Source: a virus
Taxonomy: Duplodnaviria > Caudoviricetes
Length of the DNA stretch: 64,000 nt
IMG/VR virus record: IMGVR_UViG_2511231106_000002
Coordinates: 1 to 64,000 of that record
Direction: 5' to 3' (one strand)
The translations under genes were made by a program, and so were the position numbers. Under the pieces are notes generated by a model, which was not told where the DNA came from, searched no databases, and saw only the letters and a list, made by a program, of their open reading frames with translations. Below, piece by piece: positions 45,770 through 54,723 of this stretch. How positions within the stretch are numbered: the stretch's first letter is position 1; every line of letters starts with the position of its first letter.

Positions 45770-46381
45770 TTATTCGATGACTTCCCATTCATCAGCTCCG
45801 GGTATCAGCCCAAGACTGCTGCCCGTATCCCACTGTACATGGATGATCCCGGCATCATCGACGAACTGGACGGTGCCTTCAGTTCCCTTGGGCGGAGCTT
45901 GCCTGTCATCCATGGCGATAAGCCGGACCCGCGTTCCTTCTATCCGTTCCCGGCTGTGCCGCAGGCCGGCCCGCAGGATGGACAGGTCGAAACCGAACCT
46001 GCGGTAATCCCGCTCCATGTTCTGATAATACCAGTCCTCCGGAATACCGAACCGCCGGTCTTCGTGCATGATGTACACAAGACCGCTGATGATGCCGTCA
46101 TCTGTTTCCACATCCACTTCTTTTTTATAATAGAATCGCGGGAAGCCTTCATAGGCATCGAGCCGCCGTTCATCCGCCGGAGAAATGCGCCAGAAAACAA
46201 CCGGCACGAAGGCACCCGCCTTCTTCTCGATGGTGGCGTAACATCCTGTCAGGGAACCTTTGAAGAGGAGTTCATAGCCCCGGATTCGGCCCGTCCCTGA
46301 AAGAACGGCGTCAGGACACCGTCTTGCCATCTGTACTTCACTCATGTTGCTGCCGTAGGCAATGTAGATTCTTTGTTTCAT
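45770..46381 (-). CDS. Gamma-glutamylcyclotransferase/AIG2-like protein fused to a DUF4314-like domain
   Basis: YIAYGSNM, LDAYEG; C-terminal GTRVRL..MDD..PPKGTEGTV..VDD.G.IHV.WD.GSSL. Confidence 0.85.
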   Translation of the reverse strand: MKQRIYIAYGSNMSEVQMARRCPDAVLSGTGRIRGYELLFKGSLTGCYATIEKKAGAFVPVVFWRISPADERRLDAYEGFPRFYYKKEVDVETDDGIISGLVYIMHEDRRFGIPEDWYYQNMERDYRRFGFDLSILRAGLRHSRERIEGTRVRLIAMDDRQAPPKGTEGTVQFVDDAGIIHVQWDTGSSLGLIPGADEWEVIE

Positions 46382-46457
46382 CGCTCTCATCCTTTCTGAA
46401 GGGATTGCCCTTCTACCACCCCAAGGGCAGCCGAAGCTGCCCGTAAGGCTATCCCCT

Positions 46458-47354
46458 TCAAGCGGCGGCATTGCGCCATGCGGAATTGCCTGTGAGGTGT
46501 TTCAGGAAGTGGAGTCGGCAGGTCTTGAACTCGTCACCGATGAGTCCGAGCCGGAGCATCCAGCACCGGAAAGCGTATTTCTCATTGTCCGTTTCGGTCT
46601 TTCGGGCCGAGGCTTTCTTCTGGGCCAGGGCCTGATGAGCGACGGCCAGGCAGAACTGAATATATGCCTTGATTTCCCCAGCGTGGAGTGTCCCGTTGAA
46701 AAGCCGGAACTCGACGGTCCCTTTGGTGAAAGTGGCATGCAGGTTCAGCCCGTGGTAGCGGGTGCTGTTGTAATGATGGTTCCGTCCGTAAGGGGCTTCC
46801 TGATACCAGAGGTCGGCGATGCCATCCAGCGTGTCCGGCTTTTTCCGGTTGAGGTCCTTCAGGAAGGTGGTGTTCGTTTTCCGGCAGTATCGGCTTTCCC
46901 GCGAGGGGTTAATCTGAAGGGCGCGGTAAATCATGTCTTCTTTGCTCGCCATAATGTTCACCAGGTTCCGCAGTGTCTTTGCCGTGAAGCGTTCGGCCCC
47001 GACATGGATGTGGATGCCGCAGGACTTATTGGCAAAGGCCCCGGCCTTGCGTAGCATCCGCACCAGTTCCTGCAGCTTCGGGATGTCTTCGTAGGAAAGA
47101 ATGGGACTGACCACTTCCGTGCGGTAGAAGCTGGAAGCATCTGTAATGTTTCCGTTCACCTTCTTCTGTGGAACCAGGCTGGAGTCGTTCATGGCTTTCC
47201 ATTTCCGTCCCTGTTCATCCCTTGCGGTGTAGGTATCGTAGGCACCGCCTTCGTGCCGGCTTTCCGTCCCGAAGAAACGGGCCATGAGGCTGGCAGCCCG
47301 GCTTCTCGTAATCCCTGTCATTTCCATTTCGATGCCAAAGTGCAGTGTTTTCAT
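46458..47354 (-). CDS. Amidoligase (COOH-NH2 ligase family)
   Basis: FGIEME, DSS, EVVSPIL, SCGIHIH, RYHGLN, TVEFR. Confidence 0.9.
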   Translation of the reverse strand: MKTLHFGIEMEMTGITRSRAASLMARFFGTESRHEGGAYDTYTARDEQGRKWKAMNDSSLVPQKKVNGNITDASSFYRTEVVSPILSYEDIPKLQELVRMLRKAGAFANKSCGIHIHVGAERFTAKTLRNLVNIMASKEDMIYRALQINPSRESRYCRKTNTTFLKDLNRKKPDTLDGIADLWYQEAPYGRNHHYNSTRYHGLNLHATFTKGTVEFRLFNGTLHAGEIKAYIQFCLAVAHQALAQKKASARKTETDNEKYAFRCWMLRLGLIGDEFKTCRLHFLKHLTGNSAWRNAAA

Positions 47355-47396
47355 AATCCTCTCTGTCCTTTCTATGTGTGCGTGTGTTCTTTTGGT

Positions 47397-47432
47397 ACAC
47401 TATATATCACTCTAAAGGTACACAATAGCAAG
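47397..47432 (-). promoter_or_regulatory. Motif II copy 2
   Basis: CTTGCTA-N12-AGAGTGATATATAGTGT upstream of the amidoligase. Confidence 0.7.
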
Positions 47433-47467
47433 TCATTTTGAGAATAATTATGAATTAAATTGAAAAT

Positions 47468-48331
47468 TTATGGGTTCTGATGCCGGCGTTCTTTCTGCTT
47501 TCTGGCATGAGCCTTGGCTTCTTCTTCCGTGCGGAAGGCACTCCATCCCTTCAGGCCTTTCAGAAGGGCCATGCGCGATTCGTGGCTGGCCTTGGTCCCC
47601 ATGCCGATGCGCAGGAGCCACATCCGCAGGTAGTACTTCTCGTTTTCAGGCTTCCGTGTGTCAGTCTGAACCCGTTTCGCTTTTTTCGCTGCGCTGACCA
47701 TGAAGGCCGCTAGTTCAATCAGGGCGCGGTTCTTCACGGCATTGCCGGTTGCGGCAATGCAGAATGTCACCGTATCTGCCGCAATCCAGAAGCCCCGCCC
47801 TTCCTTGCGATAGTTCTGATAGATGGCAAAGAAGGAAGTCTGGTCGGTACCAGGTTCTTCTTTCAAGTCTTCCACCAGCCTGTCCGGCACATGGATGTTT
47901 TCATGTCCTGCCGCCCGGTTCAGCAGGTACTGCTGGGCGTGGAGCATGAAGACCAGGTTGCGGAGCTGCGCCCCGTCCATGCCATCAATGGGAACCTTGA
48001 TTTCCATCCTGTCCAGCTCCGTTTCCGTCTGCGGCAGTGCTTCCGATTCTGGCGTTTCATCCTGCTGTGGCGGGTCTTGCGTTACTTCGGTTCCTGTTCC
48101 TTCTTCCGGTTCCGGCTGCGGAAGGATTCCGGCTTCCTGCAGGAAAGCCGTGATAGCGGCTTCTGTCTTTTCATCATCGCATTCGATATCGCCATTGCGA
48201 AGGATGCGGAAGCCCTGCCCTTCGTAGGCAAAGGCCGGCGTCCCGGTGTAATGAAGCTTTTCGTTATGGTTGAAAGGAATCAGCCGTCTGGCCAGTTCCT
48301 TGCGGTCGTTCAGGTTCGTCTGGATTGTCAT
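47468..48331 (-). CDS. Conserved phage protein sharing a C-terminal domain with the amidoligase
   Basis: ENEKYYLRMWLLRIG...L.G.SAFR vs DNEKYAFRCWMLRLG...L.GNSAWR; LRNLV motif in both. Confidence 0.75.
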   Translation of the reverse strand: MTIQTNLNDRKELARRLIPFNHNEKLHYTGTPAFAYEGQGFRILRNGDIECDDEKTEAAITAFLQEAGILPQPEPEEGTGTEVTQDPPQQDETPESEALPQTETELDRMEIKVPIDGMDGAQLRNLVFMLHAQQYLLNRAAGHENIHVPDRLVEDLKEEPGTDQTSFFAIYQNYRKEGRGFWIAADTVTFCIAATGNAVKNRALIELAAFMVSAAKKAKRVQTDTRKPENEKYYLRMWLLRIGMGTKASHESRMALLKGLKGWSAFRTEEEAKAHARKQKERRHQNP

Positions 48332-48361
48332 GGTCTATGTACCTCCTTGTTTTGCTAGTAC

Positions 48362-48392
48362 ATATATCACTCTGAACGCCGATAATAGCAAA
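48362..48392 (-). promoter_or_regulatory. Motif II copy 3
   Basis: TTTGCTA-N12-AGAGTGATATAT. Confidence 0.7.
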
Positions 48393-49907
48393 TCATTTTT
48401 GCATCTTTTTCTCAAAGAAGCAGGCAATGCCGGCCAAGACGAAATACACGCAGGGAAGGGCGACACCGTTGCCCCACATCTTGTATTCCGCAGAATCCCG
48501 GTACGGTTCCTTCAGCCATTTGATAATCTGGTTCCGGGTCTTGGGCTTTGTCTTTTTCCCCAGGGCTTTCCGATGGGTCTCAAAGACATCGCTCCAAAAG
48601 CGGATGTCTTCTTCAGACGGGTTCCCTGTTTCCAGATGGCTGCACCACCAGTCCGGGAATCCCTGGAGCCTTGCACATTCTGCCGGCATCAGGCGGCGGA
48701 CACGAGCATGGCTGTTGATGAGCGGCGGATCTTTATAATCTGTAGCTACCAGGGAGCTGGCCACTTCCTTCGCTGCTCGTGTAAAGTGGGAATTCTTGCT
48801 GGCGCTGTAGGTCTGCTCCACCACGGCGATGCCGCCCTGGTTGCTCCCCGGCACATTCCCCGAACGGTCGACGGTCCGGCAGGTATCGCTCTCATAGACA
48901 TGGTTGCGCATATTGCGGGTGCCATCTGACGTCTGGCGCACATCATAGGTTCTCCGTGTTCCGTCAGCACCGCCTTGAAGCACCAGTGGCTGGTTATTGC
49001 CGCCAGTCCCGTACCGCGCCGTGAGTGATGGGTTCACAGAGAGCGGCCCCTTGTACCGGGCATCGGCTCCATGGTTCTCAAACACCGGCCCCGGCAGATT
49101 GACGATGACCGGAGGATGATGGGCTTCTGCCCGCAGCGTATTCGTCCGCTCTTCCGTCACATCCATGCGGATACCGCCCTGATCATTCAGGCAGACTGTG
49201 CCTGTTGCTCCAGTGCCAGGCGCAAGACCTCCGGCAGCACTCTGCCATGCTCGGAAGCCCTGCGCAGAATACCCTGACAGGCCCTCGGACTCAAATAGAA
49301 CCTTGGCGGCACTTTGTCCATCAAAATCTGCGACAAGGTAGATGCGTTTTCTTCTTTGGGGAACACCCCAGTACTGGGCGTCGAGGACGCGCCAGGCCAC
49401 AGAGTAACCGTTTCCCAGGATGCATCCGGCGGGCTTCCATTTCGCATATCCAGCCACTGAAACCGCAGGTTCTTTAATGCGGCAGATTTCTTCGAGGACC
49501 GTCCGGAAATCCTCACCCTTGTTACTGGAGAAAGCCCCAGGGACATTCTCCCACACGATATATCTTGGATATTGTCCATTCGTTGCTTCCCTCATTTCCT
49601 TCACGATGCGCACTGCCTGATAGAACAGCGAGGACTGCGAACCGCCAAGGCCGTCCCTTTTTCCGGCAATCGACATATCCTGGCAGGGACTGCCGAAGGT
49701 AATGATGTCTACCGGCTCGATTTGTGCGCCGTTTACGGCACTCACATCACCGTAATGCTTCACAGATGGCAGCCGTCTCGTCGTCACGCGGATGGGGAAC
49801 GGCTCGATTTCCGAGTTCCATACAGGACAGATGCCCGCCAGGATGGCGCCCAGTTCAAAGCCACCGCTCCCGGAGAACAGGCTGCCCAGCTTAATCTGTT
49901 CCATCAT
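48393..49907 (-). CDS. Phage DNA cytosine-5 methyltransferase
   Basis: LFSGSGG, GSPCQD, ENV, QRRKR, RLQGFP, GNGV; start moved to MMEQIK. Confidence 0.92.
   Translation of the reverse strand: MMEQIKLGSLFSGSGGFELGAILAGICPVWNSEIEPFPIRVTTRRLPSVKHYGDVSAVNGAQIEPVDIITFGSPCQDMSIAGKRDGLGGSQSSLFYQAVRIVKEMREATNGQYPRYIVWENVPGAFSSNKGEDFRTVLEEICRIKEPAVSVAGYAKWKPAGCILGNGYSVAWRVLDAQYWGVPQRRKRIYLVADFDGQSAAKVLFESEGLSGYSAQGFRAWQSAAGGLAPGTGATGTVCLNDQGGIRMDVTEERTNTLRAEAHHPPVIVNLPGPVFENHGADARYKGPLSVNPSLTARYGTGGNNQPLVLQGGADGTRRTYDVRQTSDGTRNMRNHVYESDTCRTVDRSGNVPGSNQGGIAVVEQTYSASKNSHFTRAAKEVASSLVATDYKDPPLINSHARVRRLMPAECARLQGFPDWWCSHLETGNPSEEDIRFWSDVFETHRKALGKKTKPKTRNQIIKWLKEPYRDSAEYKMWGNGVALPCVYFVLAGIACFFEKKMQK
49187..49579 (-). 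CDS. Alternative-frame ORF nested in the C5 MTase (EcoHK31I beta-like)
   Basis: GGGAAG RBS; C-terminus STLSQIL..VPPRFYLSPRACQGILRRA..G..LP..L..AL. Confidence 0.6.
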   Translation of the reverse strand: MDNIQDISCGRMSLGLSPVTRVRISGRSSKKSAALKNLRFQWLDMRNGSPPDASWETVTLWPGASSTPSTGVFPKEENASTLSQILMDKVPPRFYLSPRACQGILRRASEHGRVLPEVLRLALEQQAQSA

Positions 49908-51141
49908 CTGCCACCTCCGCATACGGGATTTTCTCATCTCCGCGCAGGATAAACACACCCGCGTCCCCATATTCACTGATGTAGCGCCTGACGATGACGT
50001 CGACGAACTTCTCGTCCAGCTCGATGCCGTAACAAATGCGGCCCGTCTGCTGGCAGGCCATGAGTGTGGAACCGGAACCGAGGAACGGATCCAGGACGAT
50101 ACAGTGGCTCATAGACGAATTCTGTATTGGGTACGCCATCAGGGCTATAGGCTTCATGGTGGGATGCTCTTTGCTGGCTTTCGGCCGGTCGTATTCCCAG
50201 ATGGTCGTCTGTTTGCGGTCGGAATACCATTGATGCCTGCCGTTCAGCTTCCAGCCAAAAAGGCACGGTTCATGCTGCCATTGATACGGGCTACGTCCCA
50301 GTACCAGGGCGTTCTTCTTCCAGATGCAGCAGCCAGACAAGTAGAATCCTGCGTCCTTGAATGCCTTGCGGAAGTTCAGCCCCTGGGTATCTGCGTGGAA
50401 TACATAGATGGAAGCATCCTGCTCCATGTTCTGTTCCATATTGACGAAGGCCGCGAAAAGGAACTGGTAGAACTTGTCATCCGGCATATTGTCGTTCTTG
50501 ATCTTGCCGGCCGTTTCTTCGACATCGACGTTATACGGCGGATCCGTCAGCACCATGTTGGCCTTCTTCCCCGCCATCAGCCGTTCATAGGTTTCCGGCA
50601 GCGTCGCATCGCCACAGATGACGCGGTGGTCACCCAGGAGCCAGATATCTCCCGCACGGGCGACAGTCGGCTTTGCCAGTTCGCCATCGACATCAAAGTC
50701 ATCTTCCTTGATTTTCTTGTTGTACACTTTCGAGAAGAGCTGCTCGACTTCCGGTGCTTCAAAGCCCGTCAGGTCGACGTTGAAGTCGACGCTCTGCAAA
50801 TCGACGATGAGGTCGGCCAGGAGCTGTTCGTTCCAGGCACCCGTGATTTTGTTGAGCGCAATGTTGAGCGCCTTGACCTTATGCTCATCCTCGATATGGA
50901 CAACGACACACTGGACTTCTTCGTAGCCCAGGTTCTTCAGTACGGTCAGGCGCTGATGCCCGCCGATGACCGTCATGTCGTAATTGACGATGATGGGTTC
51001 CACATAGCCAAACTCCTGAATGGACTTCTTGATTTTCTCGTATTCCTTGTCGCCAGGCTTCAGCTGCTTCCTGGGGTTATATGCCGCAGGCTTCAGCTGG
51101 CCGATGGGCAGCATCTTCCATTCCATATCCGATGTCTTCAC
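49891..51141 (-). CDS. ParB-like N-domain plus N6/N4 DNA methyltransferase
   Basis: YNPRK, GGHQR, DPPY, HPTMKP, DPFLGSG. Confidence 0.92.
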   Translation of the reverse strand: MKTSDMEWKMLPIGQLKPAAYNPRKQLKPGDKEYEKIKKSIQEFGYVEPIIVNYDMTVIGGHQRLTVLKNLGYEEVQCVVVHIEDEHKVKALNIALNKITGAWNEQLLADLIVDLQSVDFNVDLTGFEAPEVEQLFSKVYNKKIKEDDFDVDGELAKPTVARAGDIWLLGDHRVICGDATLPETYERLMAGKKANMVLTDPPYNVDVEETAGKIKNDNMPDDKFYQFLFAAFVNMEQNMEQDASIYVFHADTQGLNFRKAFKDAGFYLSGCCIWKKNALVLGRSPYQWQHEPCLFGWKLNGRHQWYSDRKQTTIWEYDRPKASKEHPTMKPIALMAYPIQNSSMSHCIVLDPFLGSGSTLMACQQTGRICYGIELDEKFVDVIVRRYISEYGDAGVFILRGDEKIPYAEVADDGTD

Positions 51142-51316
51142 ACGCTTGCTCCTCTCTGAAGGCAGCCGCCACCGCTCTGCCGTAACCGGCGAGGTGGTGC
51201 CACCTGCAATAATTCCGTACGCTGTCCCGTGACAGCTTGGTCTTCCTGGCGATGGCTTTGTAGCCCATCCCCTGCTTCCGCATGGCTTCTATCTGCCGAC
51301 GCTGGCAGTCGTTCAT
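51077..51316 (-). CDS. Small HTH protein
   Basis: GMGYKAIARKTKLSRDSVRNYCR, similar to the N-terminus of 19645..20046. Confidence 0.7.
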   Translation of the reverse strand: MNDCQRRQIEAMRKQGMGYKAIARKTKLSRDSVRNYCRWHHLAGYGRAVAAAFREEQACEDIGYGMEDAAHRPAEACGI

Positions 51317-51389
51317 GACAGGCTCCTTTCACACAACAAAAAAGCTCCGGGCCAAATAGCCTGGAGCAGATGATTCGATTTTAGATGCC

Positions 51390-51490
51390 GGGTATCCCCC
51401 CTTATGAATTTCGCGTTTTTTCACGTTTGAGGGGGCGGCGGTCATGGACGGAAGGGCTGTAGAGATTGACATCCCCCCGGTCGCCCTATA
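51390..51490. other. Putative cos/packaging region
   Basis: GC-rich GGGGGG...GACCGCCGCCCCC...GGGGGG noncoding stretch downstream of HNH in a P27-terminase phage. Confidence 0.45.
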
Positions 51491-51506
51491 CGTGTGGATT
51501 AAACCA

Positions 51507-51569
51507 TTGACAAATTGCAGTCTGATTCTTATAATATTATTGTTAGTAATGTTATTATTGCTAGTAATG
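51507..51569 (+). promoter_or_regulatory. Consensus promoter TTGACA-N17-TATAAT followed by two operator-like repeats
   Basis: -35 at 51507-51512, -10 at 51530-51535; ATTATTG(T/C)TAGTAATG at 51536-51551 and 51554-51569. Confidence 0.85.
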
Positions 51570-51580
51570 ATTAGGGAGGT

Positions 51581-51985
51581 ATGATTATGTCAGAAAAAAA
51601 ATCAGCTTTTATAGTTTCCTCTGTATCACAACAACCTACTGAACAAGAAAAAAAATCTCCAACAATTAAAGATACAGCCAACAATTTTATAAACAACTAC
51701 AACTTTGATAATTATTCCCTTGACTACAAAAATGGTAAAGCTTTTGTAGTGGGACACAAAGGGAACCAAACATTAACGTTAAAAGTAGAACAAACGGGAC
51801 ACGGTGGCTCTATTGAAGCTACTAACTATAACCTGTCCTGTCCAAAGTCAGATTTGACATCCGATATTATGGCATTACGCAAACAGGGAAAAACCCAAAC
51901 TGAAGTTGCAGCAATATTAAACATCTCTCAGTCTTATGTGTCCTTTCTCGAACGTCAATACAACAATAACCTAAAAAATGATTAA
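51581..51985 (+). CDS. AT-rich moron with C-terminal HTH
   Basis: GKTQTEVAAILNISQSYVSFLE; GGGAGG RBS. Confidence 0.75.
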   Translation: MIMSEKKSAFIVSSVSQQPTEQEKKSPTIKDTANNFINNYNFDNYSLDYKNGKAFVVGHKGNQTLTLKVEQTGHGGSIEATNYNLSCPKSDLTSDIMALRKQGKTQTEVAAILNISQSYVSFLERQYNNNLKND

Positions 51986-52362
51986 TACCTGTACTCGATG
52001 TCCCGGTCTTCGATCATCGTCTTATGGTCATGGCAGCTCTTGCACAGGGGCTGCCAGTTCGTTTCGTCCCAGAACAAGTCCGGGTCGCCGCGATGCGGCT
52101 TGATATGATCCACGACTGTTGCCGGGACGAGCCGTCCTTTCTCTTTGCATCGGACGCACCAGGGGTGACGCTTCAGGAAGAACTTCCTGGCTTTCTGCCA
52201 CTCTCTCCCGTAGCCACGCAGCACCGCGTTCTTCCGTTCACCCTGGCACTGCTGTTCATGTTCGTCACAATATTTTCTCCCATACGGCACCAGCCTTGGG
52301 CATCCCGGATACTTGCACGGTGTCCGCGGTCTTCTTGGCATTCGTATCATCTCCGGCATCAA
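51982..52362 (-). CDS. HNH endonuclease (packaging-associated)
   Basis: CVRC, VDHIKPHRG, NWQPLCKSCHDHKT. Confidence 0.92.
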   Translation of the reverse strand: MMPEMIRMPRRPRTPCKYPGCPRLVPYGRKYCDEHEQQCQGERKNAVLRGYGREWQKARKFFLKRHPWCVRCKEKGRLVPATVVDHIKPHRGDPDLFWDETNWQPLCKSCHDHKTMIEDRDIEYRY

Positions 52363-52462
52363 AAAAGGACCGATGGCTTCAAGCCTCGGTCCTTATCTTT
52401 TTCTTGCTGATTATAGTATATCTTACAGAAGCCTGTGACATCAAGTGCTGCTTTAGTGACAT

Positions 52463-52912
52463 TCAGTGACATTCGCCAGGAATCTCGATGTGTTTCAGGG
52501 CTTCGTCATGCAGCCGGTACACTTGGCGGATATGAAGTCCGAGAGTATCGGCAATGGATGCCCAGTCTTTAAAGGCCAAGTAGCGGAGTTCTAAGATGAC
52601 CCGTTCCCGGGCATCTGGCACTCGGCTGACAGCCATCATGATGTCTGCCTTGAGTTCGACCAGGACGTCGATGGCTTCATCCACTTCCTGTTCCATATCC
52701 ATCATACGGGCGATGGTTTCTTCCAGACGGTGCGGATTGGGTGTCCCGCTTGGCGGCACCGGGCTGAGTGTCGATGACGCCTTGATAGCCAGCTGCCGCA
52801 AAGACGATACCTGCTCCAGCTTGCTGTCTATCTGTATGTTGATGTTCCGTGCCTGTTCCAGGTACGCCTTGGCTTCCATACGCTTTTCTTCTCCTTCTGT
52901 TTCCGGTTTCAT
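52463..52912 (-). CDS. Late transcription activator (ArpU/RinA-like)
   Basis: AKAYLEQA...ILELRY...W..IA..L...RQVYRLH..AL. Confidence 0.8.
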   Translation of the reverse strand: MKPETEGEEKRMEAKAYLEQARNINIQIDSKLEQVSSLRQLAIKASSTLSPVPPSGTPNPHRLEETIARMMDMEQEVDEAIDVLVELKADIMMAVSRVPDARERVILELRYLAFKDWASIADTLGLHIRQVYRLHDEALKHIEIPGECH

Positions 52913-54279
52913 AGTATACCCCCATTTTCTGTTTCCGTCATGCCCAGGTCAGCCTTTACGGCTTCAATCAAAGCCGCCTGGGTTCCGTCTTTGTGTTTCA
53001 AGACGTTCAGGATGCGTTCATCAATCGTGTCCTTGGCTACGATGTGCTGTATGATGACCGTCTCGTCCGCCTGCCCCTGCCGCCAGAGCCGGGCGTTGGT
53101 CTGCTGGTACAGCTCCAGACTCCAAGTCAGGCCAAACCAGATCAAGATGGAACCGCCCTGCTGCAGGTTCAGGCCGTGTCCGGCAGAGGCCGGATGGATG
53201 AGGGCCACAGGAATCTTTCCCGCATTCCAGTCGGCGAAATCCTGCGGCTCCTTCAGCTCCCGGGCTTCCATCCGCTGCTGGATACGGTCTTTATCATGCT
53301 TGAACCAATAGGCCACCAGGACCGGTTTCCCGTTGGCGCTTTCCACCAGGTCTTCTAAGGCATCCAGTTTCCGGTCATGGATGGCCGCCACGTCCTTGCC
53401 ATCGGTATAAATCGCGCCATTCGCCATCTGCGAAAGCTTCAGGGTAAGCGATGCGGCATTAGCAGAGGTGACCTCGCCGCCTGGAAGCTCCAGTACCAGG
53501 GACTTCTTCAGCTTATCGTACCGTTTCTTTTCCGTTTCACTCAAGCAGACCTCTTTCGCTACGCTCACCAGTTCCGGCATCTCCAGATAATCTGTTGCCT
53601 TCATGGACACGGTGATGTCGGAAATCTGGTGATAGATGGCTTCTTCCGCTCCCGGCAGTGGCTTGTAGGAATACACCACCATGCCGTTGCGTTTGTCTGG
53701 CTGGAAGTAGAGGTTCCGGTACTGGCTGATATATCTTCCCAGACGCTCTCCCATATCCAGGATGCGGAACTCAGCCCAGAGGTCCATCAAGCCATTGCCG
53801 CTGGGCGTCCCTGTAAGGCCGACGATGCGTTTCACTTTAGGACGCAGGGCCTTCATGGCACGGAACCGCTTCGACTGGTGGTTCTTGAAACTCGACAGCT
53901 CGTCCAGAACGACCATATCGAAATCCAGGCGGCTGTTCTCATAGAGCCAGGCCAGGTTCTCGCGGTTCACGATATAGATATCCGCATCCTGCTGCAAAGC
54001 CCGCCGCCGTTCTGCCACGGTTCCCACGACCACACTGCAGGTCAGCTCTTTCAGGTGATCCCACTTTCTGAGTTCATCCGGCCAGGTGTCTCTCGCCACC
54101 CGCAGCGGAGCTATCACCAGCACCCGCTTAACTTCAAAGGCATCATACATGAGGTCACGGATGGCCGTCAGCGTTGTCACCGTCTTGCCAAGGCCCATGT
54201 CTAGGAACAGGGCTGTAATGGGATGGGACTTGATGTATTCGATGGCGTATTTCTGATAATCATGCGGCATGAACTTCAT
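52909..54279 (-). CDS. SNF2-family helicase
   Basis: DMGLGKT, DELS, LTGTP, GHGLNLQ, RLWRQGQ. Confidence 0.93.
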   Translation of the reverse strand: MKFMPHDYQKYAIEYIKSHPITALFLDMGLGKTVTTLTAIRDLMYDAFEVKRVLVIAPLRVARDTWPDELRKWDHLKELTCSVVVGTVAERRRALQQDADIYIVNRENLAWLYENSRLDFDMVVLDELSSFKNHQSKRFRAMKALRPKVKRIVGLTGTPSGNGLMDLWAEFRILDMGERLGRYISQYRNLYFQPDKRNGMVVYSYKPLPGAEEAIYHQISDITVSMKATDYLEMPELVSVAKEVCLSETEKKRYDKLKKSLVLELPGGEVTSANAASLTLKLSQMANGAIYTDGKDVAAIHDRKLDALEDLVESANGKPVLVAYWFKHDKDRIQQRMEARELKEPQDFADWNAGKIPVALIHPASAGHGLNLQQGGSILIWFGLTWSLELYQQTNARLWRQGQADETVIIQHIVAKDTIDERILNVLKHKDGTQAALIEAVKADLGMTETENGGIL

Positions 54280-54584
54280 GCACCTCCGCCCCCTTTCCCA
54301 TCAGGCATGTGGGCGATAGCCTTCAGGACTGCGGGAATATCCTCCATGGCATCCAGGACGAATACCTGGTAGCCCAGCCGTCGCAACATGGCATGGCGCT
54401 TCAGCTGCAGCGGCCTTGGCTTCTGCCCCGGCGCCTTTACTTCCACAAAGCCCATCTTCCCATCAGCCAATAGAATCAAGCGGTCCGGCATACCTGCAAA
54501 TGATGGCGAAACAAGCTTCACTGCCTTACCGCCAGCCTTCTCCGTTTCCATCACCAGGTGGTGTTCGATTACTTTTTCTCGCAT
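54276..54584 (-). CDS. VRR-NUC domain nuclease
   Basis: GMPDR, FVEVKAPG, RPLQ. Confidence 0.9.
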   Translation of the reverse strand: MREKVIEHHLVMETEKAGGKAVKLVSPSFAGMPDRLILLADGKMGFVEVKAPGQKPRPLQLKRHAMLRRLGYQVFVLDAMEDIPAVLKAIAHMPDGKGGGGA

Positions 54585-54606
54585 ATTACTCACCTCTTTT
54601 TTATAG

Positions 54607-54712
54607 GGGTGCAGGTCGGTGAAGGTCGTTTCATAAACTTCCCTTAAAGACATTTTTTCTATTTTTCAGCCCTAAAGGGGGTTTATATATTGACCTGCAC
54701 CGACCTGCACCC
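54607..54712. other. Putative replication origin (inverted iteron pairs around an AT-rich core)
   Basis: GGGTGCAGGTCGGTGAAGGTC (54607-54627) inverted against GACCTGCACCGACCTGCACCC (54692-54712), just downstream of the primase. Confidence 0.55.
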
Positions 54713-54723
54713 TTCCCTTTTTC

